The notes beneath the pieces are model-generated. The model was not told where the DNA came from, did not search any database, and was given only the letters and a program-made list of their open reading frames with translations. Both the position numbers and the translations under genes were made by a program. From IMG/VR virus record IMGVR_UViG_3300029818_000063, positions 1 through 38,429 of that record: a stretch of 38,429 bases of DNA, one strand, 5' to 3'. How positions within the stretch are numbered: the stretch's first letter is position 1; each line of letters starts with the position of its first letter. Of the stretch, positions 26,456-36,861 are shown in pieces. The DNA is from a virus. Lineage: Duplodnaviria; Caudoviricetes.

Positions 26456-26495
26456 GCGTGCGCAAAATTACATTTAATGTCGCGTGCGACACCAT
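26452..26495 (+). promoter_or_regulatory. Late promoter 3 (tape measure/tail tip), probable Mor/C-family activator site
   Basis: TTTTGCGTGCGCAAAA, then TTACA, 17 nt, CACCAT. Confidence 0.75.
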
Positions 26496-26526
26496 GGCTG
26501 CACATTCACGGCCGTAACCGCACCCC

Positions 26527-29500
26527 ATGTCCAAAGAGCTCGAACTCGCCCTCCGTATTTCAGCTGACCTCAAGCAGGGGCAGGAGGAGCTGCTGCGGCT
26601 GGAAGATGCTCTGCAGCAGACCGGTGAGGCGGCCGAGAGCGCCAGTACACGGCTGAACCAGGCCGGCGAATCAGCCGATGCACAGGCCGCCCGCATACAA
26701 GCCATGGTTGCCGCGAGCCTGGCCCAGGTCCGTGCGCAGGAAGAAGCCCGCGACACCCTGGATGGGCTCACACTCTCCCAGGAACGCGCCGCAGGCAGCA
26801 GCGAGGACACGGCTCGCGCACAGACCGCTGCGATGCAGGCCTATTTTGATGCCGAGCGTGCAGTCGAGCAGAAAGCCGCAGCAGAAGCCCGAGCGGCTGA
26901 AGCCGCCGTGGCCTCGGCTGCTGCAGCTGAAAAGCAGAGCGCCGAACTCGCAAAGCTGATCGGGCAGATCGATCCACTGGTGCGCGAACTCGACAGGCTC
27001 GACAAGGCCGAGCGGCAACTTGCCGATGCCCGCTCGAACAACCTGATTGATACCGAGACCTTCGATCTCTACACGTCAAAGCTCCAGCAGCAGCGCAACG
27101 AGCTGATCACCACATCCGAGGCCATGAAGACCGCTGGGCTGAGCGCCGGGCAATACAACCGCGCTGCTGGCCAGCTCCCGGGGCGCATCACCAGCATAAC
27201 CAATGCACTGGTACGCGGTGAGCCCGCATGGCAGGTTGCGATCACCCAGGGCGGGCGCGTCAAGGATTCATTCGGGGGCATAGGTACCGCTTCCAGGGCG
27301 CTGATCGCCTCCATTAACCCAGTCACTCTGGGTCTGGGTGCTGCAGCAGCTGCTGCCGGCGCGCTGTTTGTTGCGTATGAACAGGGAGCCCGCGAGGCGC
27401 GTCAATACCGCGAAGCGTTGATCATGACGGGCGATGCAGCGGGAGTGAGTTCTGGCCAGATGGCCGATATGGCGGCACGTATCAGTGCCGTTGCCGGTAC
27501 ACAGCGCCAGGCCGCTGCAGCGGTCACAGAGGCAGCGCGCTCAGGCAAACTGTCTGGTGAACAGTTGGAACAGGTAGCGCAAACAGCGCTGCAGCTCCAG
27601 ATCGCGACGGGCAAGGCCGTGAAGGACACGGTGGCGGAGTATGTCAAGCTCGCTGAAGATCCTGTCGGTGCCATTGCCAAGCTGAATGAAGGCCAGAACT
27701 TCCTGACTGCATCAGTCTACGAGCAGATCGCAGCACTCAAGGCGCAGGGCGACGAGTCCGGCGCGGCTCAGCTGGCGTTTGAGACCTACTCAAGCGCCAT
27801 GCAGGAGCGATCAGACAGGATCGTCGAGAACCTGGGATACATCGAAACGGCCTGGCGTGCGGTCAAGGGCGTAGCTGCAGATGCCTGGGATGCGATGCTT
27901 GGAGTGGGTCGCGAACAGACACTGGCCCAGCAGTTGGCTGATGTGGACAACAAGCTGCGCCAGATCGCCGCCAACCCTGCGCCGCAGTTCACAGAATCGG
28001 GTGGTGTGCTCGGGTTTCGTGGAACGACCCAAGCTGATGAACGTGCTCAGCGGGCGCTTGAGCTGGAGCGAAACCGCCTGGAGTTAGCCCTTGAGCAACA
28101 AGCTGGTGAAGCACGTTTTGCGGGTGAGATGGCCAGAATCGAGAATGAGGCTATCAAGGCAATGGAGAAAGCTGATGCCATTGCCAAACAACATCTTACT
28201 AAAGATGAGCAACGTGTCATTGCAATTAAAGAATACCAGGACATCCTAGAAGCAATACGTCTGGCCAATCCAAATGACTCTCGCCTTGATGAGTCAACTG
28301 TTGCCCGCAATATTGAAGGTATCAATCAGCGCTATGCAGAGAAGTCGACTAGGACGCCGGTAGACCGCGACGCCCAGGCTGCCGCACGGTTTATCGCGCA
28401 GCTTGAGAAAGAAGCCTCGACGTTCGGCAAGACCCGCGCAGAGCTGCGCGAGTACGAGATGGGTCTGCTCGATCTGTCTGCCGCGCAGCGTGAGCGCGCC
28501 GAGACCGCTGTAGCGGCGCTGGCTGCTGCCGAGGCGCAGGCAGCGATGGACAAGCAGCTTGCGGCTGACACAAAGCTGCTGGCCAGCCTGCAGCTGGACT
28601 ACCTAAAAGCCACCGGCCAGGCCGTTGAGGCCGCAGGCGCGGAGATCGAGCGCAAGTACGGCGAGCTGCAGCAGCGGCTGCGCGAACGCGGTGACACAGA
28701 TGGCGCCACGCTGGTCGACAAGCTGATTGGCATAGAGAAAGCGGCAGCGCAGTTTGCAGACCTGGAACGCCAGCTCGACCGGCTGTATGCCGAGCAGAAC
28801 CGCCGCGAGCAGTCGATCCAGACCCAGATCCAGGCGGGGTTGATATCCGAACGTGAAGCCCGCAAGCAGATCGTCGAGCTGCACCAGGCTACGGCCGTAG
28901 AAGTTGAAAAGCTGTTGCCGCTAATGCGGGAGCTTGCCGATGCCACAGGCGACCCTGCTGCGATCGAGCGACTAAAAGACATGCAAGTCCAGCTCGAAGC
29001 TCTGCGCACCCAGGCCGGTGAGCTGACCCTAGCCCTGCGCGATGGCCTGCAGAGCGGACTTGAAGAAGCCATCCTGGGCCTAGCTCGCGGCACCCACGAC
29101 CTGCGCGACGCGCTCGACAGTCTGCTACTTGGCGTTGCAGAGAGCATGGCCAGGATGGCCTCCCAAGGCCTGGCCGAAATGGCTACCCAGGGCATCATGG
29201 ACTTGTTCCGCCAAGGCAGCCAGGCCGCCATCGCCGCAGCTGGTCAGAAAGCCGCAGCCGAGGTAGCGGCAATCAACACTGTCACCGCTGCTCAGACCGT
29301 CGCAGACACAACCCGCGCCACGTCATCCGTCGTCGCTGCCAACACGGCCGCCGCTGGTCAGGCGACCGCCGCAGCTACTACAGCCACAGCATGGACCCCG
29401 GCAGCGATCGCAGCCTCGATCGGCAGTTTCGGATCCGCAGCAGCGATCGGCCTGGCCGCCGTGGTCGCGGCCATGGCGTTCCAAGCGTTTGCAGAGGGTG

Positions 29501-29916
29501 GTCACGTAACCGGCCCCGGTACCGGGACGAGCGACAGCATCAATGCCCGGCTATCAAACAACGAATTTGTGACCCGCGCCGCAGTCGTCACCCAGCCCGG
29601 CGCCCTGCCTTTCCTGGACGATTTCAACAAACGCGGCATGGCCGCCCTGGACGACTGGGCCGGTGCTGCAAATCACTCAACTGGTGGCCTGGCCGGAGTG
29701 CCAGCGCCGCCAGCACCAGCGCCTGTTCTTAACGTTGGTAGCCTTTCTGACGGCGCGCGAACGTCACAAACAACGTTGAAGAACAACATGGAAGTCTATG
29801 TAGGTATGAGTGACGAATTTGTCGCAGAGCGTGCATGGAGCCGTTCGGGGACAGAGAGGTTCTATACCGAGCTGTCGAACAACCGCGCAGCCGTGCGCCA
29901 AATACTGGGGGTTTAG
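26527..29916 (+). CDS. Tail tape measure protein
   Basis: 1129 aa, Ala/Gln-rich helical; lambda-like QGG.VKDSFGG and ENLGYIETAW; C-terminal FAEGG.V.GPGTGTSDSI.ARLSN.EFV. Confidence 0.95.
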   Translation: MSKELELALRISADLKQGQEELLRLEDALQQTGEAAESASTRLNQAGESADAQAARIQAMVAASLAQVRAQEEARDTLDGLTLSQERAAGSSEDTARAQTAAMQAYFDAERAVEQKAAAEARAAEAAVASAAAAEKQSAELAKLIGQIDPLVRELDRLDKAERQLADARSNNLIDTETFDLYTSKLQQQRNELITTSEAMKTAGLSAGQYNRAAGQLPGRITSITNALVRGEPAWQVAITQGGRVKDSFGGIGTASRALIASINPVTLGLGAAAAAAGALFVAYEQGAREARQYREALIMTGDAAGVSSGQMADMAARISAVAGTQRQAAAAVTEAARSGKLSGEQLEQVAQTALQLQIATGKAVKDTVAEYVKLAEDPVGAIAKLNEGQNFLTASVYEQIAALKAQGDESGAAQLAFETYSSAMQERSDRIVENLGYIETAWRAVKGVAADAWDAMLGVGREQTLAQQLADVDNKLRQIAANPAPQFTESGGVLGFRGTTQADERAQRALELERNRLELALEQQAGEARFAGEMARIENEAIKAMEKADAIAKQHLTKDEQRVIAIKEYQDILEAIRLANPNDSRLDESTVARNIEGINQRYAEKSTRTPVDRDAQAAARFIAQLEKEASTFGKTRAELREYEMGLLDLSAAQRERAETAVAALAAAEAQAAMDKQLAADTKLLASLQLDYLKATGQAVEAAGAEIERKYGELQQRLRERGDTDGATLVDKLIGIEKAAAQFADLERQLDRLYAEQNRREQSIQTQIQAGLISEREARKQIVELHQATAVEVEKLLPLMRELADATGDPAAIERLKDMQVQLEALRTQAGELTLALRDGLQSGLEEAILGLARGTHDLRDALDSLLLGVAESMARMASQGLAEMATQGIMDLFRQGSQAAIAAAGQKAAAEVAAINTVTAAQTVADTTRATSSVVAANTAAAGQATAAATTATAWTPAAIAASIGSFGSAAAIGLAAVVAAMAFQAFAEGGHVTGPGTGTSDSINARLSNNEFVTRAAVVTQPGALPFLDDFNKRGMAALDDWAGAANHSTGGLAGVPAPPAPAPVLNVGSLSDGARTSQTTLKNNMEVYVGMSDEFVAERAWSRSGTERFYTELSNNRAAVRQILGV

Positions 29917-29919
29917 TTC

Positions 29920-30765
29920 ATGCCGCATGAGGTCTCTTTTGTCGATAACTCAAGTCAACTGGCGCATTACGCCATGCTTGAGACCATTCGTGACTTTGCC
30001 GGAGATAACGGTTGGGAGGTACTGCGCTATGACACAGCCCCTGCTGATCGGGAGCTTATTCTCAAGGGCTTTGGTTACAGCGAAGAGGAGGAAATATTTG
30101 TAGGCTTTAGAACCTATCAAAACGCTGGAGCGGATTATTACAATCTCGTTGCTGCAGCTTTTACAGGCTACCTACCAGGTAACCCATTTAATGCTCAGCC
30201 GGGGGCCATGCTCTCAGGCGTGCCAGCCCACAACCAGCGGATCGATTACTGGCTGACGCTCAACCCACAGCGTATAGCATTGGCGATGAAAGTGGGCACG
30301 CCGGTCTATGAGTCGGCCTATGTCGGCAAGTTCTTGCCCTACGCACGCCCCAGTCAGTACCCGTATCCCGTGATCTGCGCAGGCATGCTGAACGGTACGC
30401 CTGCAACACGATTTTCAGACACAGTGCATAGCATCCCTTACAAAGGCTCTCGGCCCCAGATGCGGATGAGGTTCAATGATGGGTCGTGGGCACAGCCTGA
30501 ATGTTGGCCCTATAACAACACGCTTCTAAATGGCTCAATTGCTTCGCAAACTCAACAACGTGATACCAATGGTTCATATCCATCAAATCCGATAGTTCTT
30601 AACTCTGCTATCGGCGTTCTTGGTGAGCTAGATGGTATTCGTCATATAACAGGGTTCAATAACGCTGTTGAAAATACGTTTGAGCTGGATGGTAAAGACT
30701 GGGTTGTTATACAAGATGTCAGCCGTAATGGTTTCAGTGACTATTATTCCATGAGGCTTGATTAA
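29920..30765 (+). CDS. Virion structural (tail) protein
   Basis: First gene after the tape measure, as in D3112/B3-type tails; YARPSQYPYP, GELDG...ITGFNNAVEN. Confidence 0.8.
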   Translation: MPHEVSFVDNSSQLAHYAMLETIRDFAGDNGWEVLRYDTAPADRELILKGFGYSEEEEIFVGFRTYQNAGADYYNLVAAAFTGYLPGNPFNAQPGAMLSGVPAHNQRIDYWLTLNPQRIALAMKVGTPVYESAYVGKFLPYARPSQYPYPVICAGMLNGTPATRFSDTVHSIPYKGSRPQMRMRFNDGSWAQPECWPYNNTLLNGSIASQTQQRDTNGSYPSNPIVLNSAIGVLGELDGIRHITGFNNAVENTFELDGKDWVVIQDVSRNGFSDYYSMRLD

Positions 30766-31736
30766 TGGCTTACTACAACGGCAGCGCAAGTTCCTTCGCT
30801 GAGCTGCAATCTCACCTGGTCGACGCTCTGGTTGATCAAGGTTGGATACTCAGCAGCGGCATTCTTAGCAAGGGTTCCGCTTTTGTGAGGCCCTACGTTT
30901 CAAGCACAACAACGACTACAGAGGGTCCAGGCTTATTGATTCAGATGGGCGATGGCCAATCTGGTGCTGCTATCGTCAACCCGGCACCCAATGCTGCTCG
31001 ATTGGGAAGACCAGGCTCTGCGGATAGATTTGAAGGCGTATCGTTTCCTGCTGAGTACTTCATCCACGTATTTGATGACCCTGATGAGGTTTACGTCATC
31101 TTGCGTTTCAACATTGATCGCTATTTTTGGCTTGCGTTTGGTTCATCGAGTCTAAATACCGCTGGAACTGGAAATTGGCTATCTGGATGCGCCCGTCAAG
31201 GCTATATAACAGCCACGGGGCCAACAACCGGCTATTTAATATCACCTACTAGTGGAGGGGTTGGGTCAGCAAACACAGCCAGTGGCGCATCAGTCTCTGG
31301 GGGACTTTTTTGGAATACTCAAAAAATGACGCTGGCTGGTGGTCTAGGGGAATTTGTTAATGCGGGACTCAACAGCTTGTCGTGGAACGGAACAAGTAAT
31401 ACTGGGACAAATAATGCCGCTGAAAGGCTACACGCAGTCGGGTTTATAGCGCCATTGGTCGAGAGGTCACCCAGCCCATGGAACAGTGAAGCGGTTCTTT
31501 TGCCTATCCAGCCCCATGTAACCGTTTCAGAATCTAAGGTTGTTATGGTTGCAGACTTGCAAAATGCACGATATCTGCGCATTGACAATTACGAGCCTGG
31601 TCAAATTTTCAGTATTGGGCCAGAAAGCTGGAAGGTGTACCCATTTTATTTGAAAAATACAGTTTCACGTGATGGCGGGAGCGCTGTAAACCACACGGGT
31701 ACATTCGGAATGGCAATCAGATACGACGGCGCTTGA
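30765..31736 (+). CDS. Virion structural (tail) protein, possible receptor-binding component
   Basis: MAYYNGSA.S, P..WNSEAVLLPI, ARY.RIDNY.PG, HTGTFG.AIRYDG; Gly/Ser/Thr-rich variable middle. Confidence 0.8.
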   Translation: MAYYNGSASSFAELQSHLVDALVDQGWILSSGILSKGSAFVRPYVSSTTTTTEGPGLLIQMGDGQSGAAIVNPAPNAARLGRPGSADRFEGVSFPAEYFIHVFDDPDEVYVILRFNIDRYFWLAFGSSSLNTAGTGNWLSGCARQGYITATGPTTGYLISPTSGGVGSANTASGASVSGGLFWNTQKMTLAGGLGEFVNAGLNSLSWNGTSNTGTNNAAERLHAVGFIAPLVERSPSPWNSEAVLLPIQPHVTVSESKVVMVADLQNARYLRIDNYEPGQIFSIGPESWKVYPFYLKNTVSRDGGSAVNHTGTFGMAIRYDGA

Positions 31737-31738
31737 TT

Positions 31739-33457
31739 ATGGCCATCCTGACCACATTTGGGATCAACTCGGCCTCAGGCGGCGTTGCTAATCCATATCT
31801 TTCATCAAGTCATGACCTGTTTTCTGCAAATGAGATTGTTGGCTGGCCGCCATTTGAGTCAGTGGTATCTGACTCGTCACCCTCTGAATTGTTATTGCAT
31901 TTTCCAGTCTCTGCAGCATCTAGGCCCATTTCTGTTATCAGGTCTGGCAGTTACCGATACGACTTTTATGATCGTATACATATCGACACCACCCGCGTGG
32001 ACCTAGGCAACCTGGTTTCTATTCAAGTAACCGCGTTGAGTCTCTGGAATGCCCATCTCGAGACTCGTAATTTAGTTGAGCTGACCGGTTTGGTTGAGGG
32101 CCTGGAACTGATCGGTCAGCCTACCCCGCCCCTTGAATTTGCTGCACTCCAGGAGCGTGAATATGAGCTATCTGTTTCACCTGAGGGTGAATCGGTTGTT
32201 GACACCTTGGTACGGTGGGTCTTCGCAAATGGCGAGGAGGTCGTGCTTCGCGTAACCGCCAACCGAATTGTTGCATGGTCCTTTGTGCCAGACTGGGGCG
32301 ATGGTGTTAAAGAGAGTCTTGAGTTCCTGACTGATGTGTTGGCTTCAGAAAGTTTGGTTGAACAGCGCCGGGGTTTGCGTACAGCGCCAAGAAGAGAGTT
32401 CAAAGCCCCAATGTTTGTTGAGGGTCGAGATCGTCAAATGTTGGATCTTGCTTTGTTCGGTTGGGGCAGCAGAGTGTGGGCGCTGCCGATTTGGCCTGAT
32501 ATTCAATTTCTGAAAAATCCGTTGGAGTCAACCGCTTCCCGAATCGATGCTGAAACAGAATATCTGGACTTTGTAACGGGTGGCCTTGCAATGTTGAGGG
32601 GTGAATCAGCCCGCGAATATGAAGTGGTTGAAATCGACTCTATTGATTCAACAGGTATAGATCTCAAGCGTCCCCTGCAGCAAAGCTGGCCTGCTGGCAC
32701 CCGGCTGTACCCAGCGCGTCCAGCTCAATTAATGCGGCAGCCGGAGACTACAAGACTGACTGATCAGCTTGATGAAGCTGAGGTGCAATTTTTGCTCCTG
32801 GGCGTAAGTGACTGGCCTGCTTTAACTGTAGAGGACCTCCCTACCTATCGCGCACAATTAGTGTATGACGATCGTCCGGATGAATCAGAAGACCTTACCC
32901 GTTTATTCCAGCGCAGCTTGATCACACTCGATAGCCGAACAGGACCACCATTGGTAACTGACGTCGCAGGCCGAGCTATGCCTGTCACAGGCTTTGGTTG
33001 GTTAGAAATGGGTCGTGCGCAACGTGCTCGTTACCGGTCGCTTTTATACACCTTGGCGGGAAAGCGCACAGCTGTATGGATTCCGACTCACGCCGACGAT
33101 CTGACTCTGGTTAACCCGGCTAGTGATGCCGAGCCCTTTATTGATGTCGCTCACGTCGGTTATACGCGTTTCGGGCAGGCCCGTGTGGGTCGAAGGGATA
33201 TTCGCGTAGAGCTTTTCTCAGGAGAGATTTATTACCGCAGAATCAACTCATCCTCTGAAATCAGTTCAGACGTTGAGCGGCTTTTCATAAATGAGCCCCT
33301 CGGGCTATCAGTGAACCCGGAAGGAGTTAAGCGAATTTGCTGGCTGGTTTTGTCACGTGGCGCATCAGATACCTCTGATATTGATCATATGGCTGACAGT
33401 GAAGGGCTCGCCTCGGCGCAGATTGTTTTTATGGGAGTGGCAGACGATGTCATTTGA
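31739..33457 (+). CDS. Virion structural (tail) protein
   Basis: DFYDRIHI....DLGN, W.F.PDW.DGV.E.LEFLT, EQRR.LR.APRR, WPAGTRLYP; conserved position. Confidence 0.8.
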   Translation: MAILTTFGINSASGGVANPYLSSSHDLFSANEIVGWPPFESVVSDSSPSELLLHFPVSAASRPISVIRSGSYRYDFYDRIHIDTTRVDLGNLVSIQVTALSLWNAHLETRNLVELTGLVEGLELIGQPTPPLEFAALQEREYELSVSPEGESVVDTLVRWVFANGEEVVLRVTANRIVAWSFVPDWGDGVKESLEFLTDVLASESLVEQRRGLRTAPRREFKAPMFVEGRDRQMLDLALFGWGSRVWALPIWPDIQFLKNPLESTASRIDAETEYLDFVTGGLAMLRGESAREYEVVEIDSIDSTGIDLKRPLQQSWPAGTRLYPARPAQLMRQPETTRLTDQLDEAEVQFLLLGVSDWPALTVEDLPTYRAQLVYDDRPDESEDLTRLFQRSLITLDSRTGPPLVTDVAGRAMPVTGFGWLEMGRAQRARYRSLLYTLAGKRTAVWIPTHADDLTLVNPASDAEPFIDVAHVGYTRFGQARVGRRDIRVELFSGEIYYRRINSSSEISSDVERLFINEPLGLSVNPEGVKRICWLVLSRGASDTSDIDHMADSEGLASAQIVFMGVADDVI

Positions 33458-34268
33458 TAGTCGCGAGTTCTCAATTGCTCAAGGAATCCCGGTGCGACTC
33501 TACAGGTTTCACAGAGGGGTAACACTCTGGCTCTACTGCACAGCAGACCGAAATATTGAGCTGGGTGTGCAAACGTTCAGATCAGTTTTAGGCGGTATCT
33601 CAGACTCCGGCATACAGCAGACTGGTGACGCTAAATCAGACGGCTTAACGATTACTGCACCGGCATCACTTGATGTTGTTCAGCCCTTCAGGGCATTTCC
33701 GCCCAGCGACCCTATAGGTTTATCAGTTTTTGATATGCACTACGGTGATACAGAAGCTCGACTAGCGGGCAGCTATCGTATCAGCAGTGTGGGCTTTCCT
33801 GCCCTTGATCGATGCAAGATTAAATGTGTGACCAGGGATTCAGAAATGGGAGAGCCAGGGCTTCTGGATGCCTATATGCGCACATGCACTGCTGTTTTGG
33901 GTGACAGGCGCTGCAAAGTTGATCTTGAGTCGTACAGGGTAGATTTGTCGATAGACAGCCGGAATGGGTTATCTGTTTTCAGTAGCGACCTATCGGATTA
34001 TCCGGCTGGATGGTTTACAGGTGGATACGTGGCATGGGCAGTTGGTGGCGGTGAGTTCGACCGAAGATTTATTGATCGTCACATATCAAATGAGCTCCAA
34101 CTGTTGGGTGGCACTGTAGGCATTCCGCCTGCAGCCCAGCTCAGGGCCTACCCCGGCTGCGACTTTCTTGCCAGTACGTGCCATAGCAAGTTTGGCAATT
34201 CATTAAACAATAGGGGCATTCCACATCTACAGCTCGATAGCCCCTTTGACGGCAACCAGGTCTGGTGA
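33447..34268 (+). CDS. Tail hub / BR0599 (DUF2163) family protein
   Basis: C...LGD.RC.V, YPGCD.....C..KF.N..N..G.PH Cys cluster; start ATG 33447 after GGGAG. Confidence 0.88.
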   Translation: MSFDSREFSIAQGIPVRLYRFHRGVTLWLYCTADRNIELGVQTFRSVLGGISDSGIQQTGDAKSDGLTITAPASLDVVQPFRAFPPSDPIGLSVFDMHYGDTEARLAGSYRISSVGFPALDRCKIKCVTRDSEMGEPGLLDAYMRTCTAVLGDRRCKVDLESYRVDLSIDSRNGLSVFSSDLSDYPAGWFTGGYVAWAVGGGEFDRRFIDRHISNELQLLGGTVGIPPAAQLRAYPGCDFLASTCHSKFGNSLNNRGIPHLQLDSPFDGNQVW

Positions 34269-34278
34269 GGGCTTAAAT

Positions 34279-34506
34279 ATGGGGCTTTTTCTTGTATTAA
34301 TTGTATCGGTTTTCATCATGAGCGCTTTGACCCCAAAGCCGCCTCAGCCGAAGCCGACTGCGTTTGAAGACATCGATTTCCCACAAGCAGAGGAAGGCAC
34401 TGCCCAAAGTGCTGTGTTCGGTCAGGTATGGTCGAAGGGTTGGATGGTGCTAACTGTGGGTAACTATCGGACGCGCCCAATCGTAAAAAAGGCTGGCAAG
34501 AAATGA
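34279..34506 (+). CDS. Small tail assembly protein
   Basis: Hydrophobic N-terminus, PKP..PKP..FEDIDFPQ.EEGT.Q..VFG.VW. Confidence 0.8.
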   Translation: MGLFLVLIVSVFIMSALTPKPPQPKPTAFEDIDFPQAEEGTAQSAVFGQVWSKGWMVLTVGNYRTRPIVKKAGKK

Positions 34507-34724
34507 TCATTACCATACAGCACCTGCACAGTGTTCCAACATGGAACGGGCGGCAAGGGTTTTGCCACCGGGCCTCGCGGGAATTTTTCCAGCGGCACAA
34601 TTTGAATTGGTTTGAATTTCTAAACCACGGCATTGATGAGCGCCTGCTTGTTGCGACAGGCGATGACCGTGCCTTGACGCTAGTCCAGCACGCTCATGCG
34701 GAGGCAGAAAATGGGCAGCAGTAG
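34503..34724 (+). CDS. Small tail assembly protein
   Basis: IT.QHL..VP......GFC....R.FF.RH.L.W..F...GI....L.ATGD..A. Confidence 0.82.
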   Translation: MIITIQHLHSVPTWNGRQGFCHRASREFFQRHNLNWFEFLNHGIDERLLVATGDDRALTLVQHAHAEAENGQQ

Positions 34725-36861
34725 TTCAAGCCAAACAGTCGGATATCGTTATTACTTTGATATTCACATGGGCCTCGGCCTGCCACTTGATGAGATGGTC
34801 GAGATTCGTGCCAGCGACAAAAGGGCCTGGCGTGGCTCAGTAACGTCCAACCAACAAATTGTTATCAACGCCCCTAAATTGTTTGGTGGTGATGACGGTG
34901 AAGGCGGCCTGCAGGGTACCCTGGATGTGCTGTTTGGTGAGGAGGATCAAGGCATATTACCTAAGCTGGCAAGCATGCTGGGCGGCGTTGTTCCTGCATT
35001 CAGAGGTATTACAACCGCGTTTTACTCCGGACTGGTCACTAGTATGAACCCATATCCCAAGCCCTGGGAGATCCTCCGTCGGGGCGGAAACCGTTTGTGG
35101 GATGCTGAGGGCGCGTGGTACCCCGAGAAGCAGTTCATATGGCTCGCCGATGGTGAGATCAAGGCTATGAACCCCGTGCATATTCTTTATCTGATTCGCA
35201 CTGGTAGTCGTTTCAGGGGCTGGCCAAGGGAGTGGATGGATGATGCGGCATGGAGGGCGGCAGCTGATACCTGTTTTGATGAGCAGCTCGGCCTATGCCT
35301 GGAATGGACCAGAAGCGATTCTTTCCAAACATTCAGCTCCGCTGTAACGAACCATATCAGTGCTGAAATCTTCGACGACCGGCGGACCGGTCTGATTAAA
35401 ATACGTCTGATGCGGGATGATTATGACCCTGAAGCCCTGCCTCTATTTGACGAAAATTCTGGGCTACTTGAGGTTGTTGAAGACGACAATACATCTAATG
35501 ATGAGTCGCCCAGCGAACTCTTCGTCAAATATACAGATGCCATAGATGGCAAGAAAAAGACTGTACGCGCGGTTAACAGCGCTGTAGCAGCGCGTGATCG
35601 TGGCCGAGCATCAGAGACCATTGAATACCCAGGAGCACCTACAGCCCAGATTGCATCGCGATTGGCGGCACGTGATATGCGCATCCGAACATCAGGCCTG
35701 AAGCGATTCAAAATAGTTCTGGACCGCCGCGCTCGTGATCTAGAGCCAGGTCAGCCTTTTCGCATACGTTCATTGCGACGCGGCATAGACATTGTCGTGC
35801 TGAGGGCAGGTAAAATCAAAGATGGAACCTTACTGGATGGGCGTATAGAGATCACAGCGGTTCAAGATGTTTTCGGGCTGCCTGCAACAAGCTATGTATC
35901 TGTTCCGCCGGCGGGCTGGGCGCCTCCCGATCGTACCCCAGCCCCTGTTGCGGTAAGGCAGGTATTCGAGCTCCCATATCGCGATATTTCAGCGATTACA
36001 GACCCCGCAAATTTGGCGTTGATAGATGTGACCGCGGCGTATTTCGGGGCGGTTGGTACATCGCCGACAACCATGGCCATTGGTTACAGACTGGCAACAC
36101 GCGTTGGTGCCAGCGGCGAATTTGTTGACCGAGGCGGTGCTGGCTGGTGCCCATCTGCCCAGCTCTCTGCTGATATCGGCCGTTTGCAAACTGTTGTTCA
36201 GTTAACAGGTATGACTCGCGCTGATGAGGTGGCAATAGGCAGCGCGGCGTTGCTCGGGTCTGAAGTCGTTCGCATTGACGCGCTGGATATTGATACTGGC
36301 ATAGCTACGATCGGAAGGGGGTGCGCTGATACCACGCCTGCCGCCCACTCAGCGGATACCAGAATCTGGTTTTATGAACAGAATGCAGCAGTTGATGATA
36401 CCGCTTACAGCATGGGTACCGGTATGCAAGCCAAAATGCTGACTGTAACCACTGCGGGAGAACTGGGGCCTGATTTGGCTCCGATTGATTCGATTACGCT
36501 GCAGGCGCGGCAGGGCAAACCGTATCCACCTGGACGATTGCGCATCAATGACAATGAAAACCCAGCTAGCGCCGTAAGCCCAGTTACTCTCTCCTGGTCT
36601 CACAGAGACCGTGTGAGCCAGTCTGATCAGTTGATCGATACTACTATTGGAAACATTGGACCCGAGCCTGGCACCAGCTATACGGCCCGGCTATTGCGTT
36701 CTGACACGTTAGCGGTTTTGGATATTGAAAGCGGTATATCCGGCACGTCAGTGGTTTTGGAGTCAGCATATGCTGGCGAAGTAATTGTTGAGGTGTGGTC
36801 TGTTCGTGATGGCATTGTCTCGTGGCAACGCTTGAGCCACTCCTTTACGCTCACCATTTAA
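34711..36861 (+). CDS. Tail tip / central tail hub protein
   Basis: TVGYRY.FDIHMG, LFGG..GEGG.QG, NPYPKPW, MNPVHI, RGCADT.P..H, PYPPG, W.HRDR..Q.DQL. Confidence 0.88.
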   Translation: MGSSSSSQTVGYRYYFDIHMGLGLPLDEMVEIRASDKRAWRGSVTSNQQIVINAPKLFGGDDGEGGLQGTLDVLFGEEDQGILPKLASMLGGVVPAFRGITTAFYSGLVTSMNPYPKPWEILRRGGNRLWDAEGAWYPEKQFIWLADGEIKAMNPVHILYLIRTGSRFRGWPREWMDDAAWRAAADTCFDEQLGLCLEWTRSDSFQTFSSAVTNHISAEIFDDRRTGLIKIRLMRDDYDPEALPLFDENSGLLEVVEDDNTSNDESPSELFVKYTDAIDGKKKTVRAVNSAVAARDRGRASETIEYPGAPTAQIASRLAARDMRIRTSGLKRFKIVLDRRARDLEPGQPFRIRSLRRGIDIVVLRAGKIKDGTLLDGRIEITAVQDVFGLPATSYVSVPPAGWAPPDRTPAPVAVRQVFELPYRDISAITDPANLALIDVTAAYFGAVGTSPTTMAIGYRLATRVGASGEFVDRGGAGWCPSAQLSADIGRLQTVVQLTGMTRADEVAIGSAALLGSEVVRIDALDIDTGIATIGRGCADTTPAAHSADTRIWFYEQNAAVDDTAYSMGTGMQAKMLTVTTAGELGPDLAPIDSITLQARQGKPYPPGRLRINDNENPASAVSPVTLSWSHRDRVSQSDQLIDTTIGNIGPEPGTSYTARLLRSDTLAVLDIESGISGTSVVLESAYAGEVIVEVWSVRDGIVSWQRLSHSFTLTI

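Noticed and set aside
29220-29480. Ala-rich repetitive stretch in the tape measure gene
   Set aside because: Ordinary low-complexity, hydrophobic tape-measure segment rather than a separate repeat element
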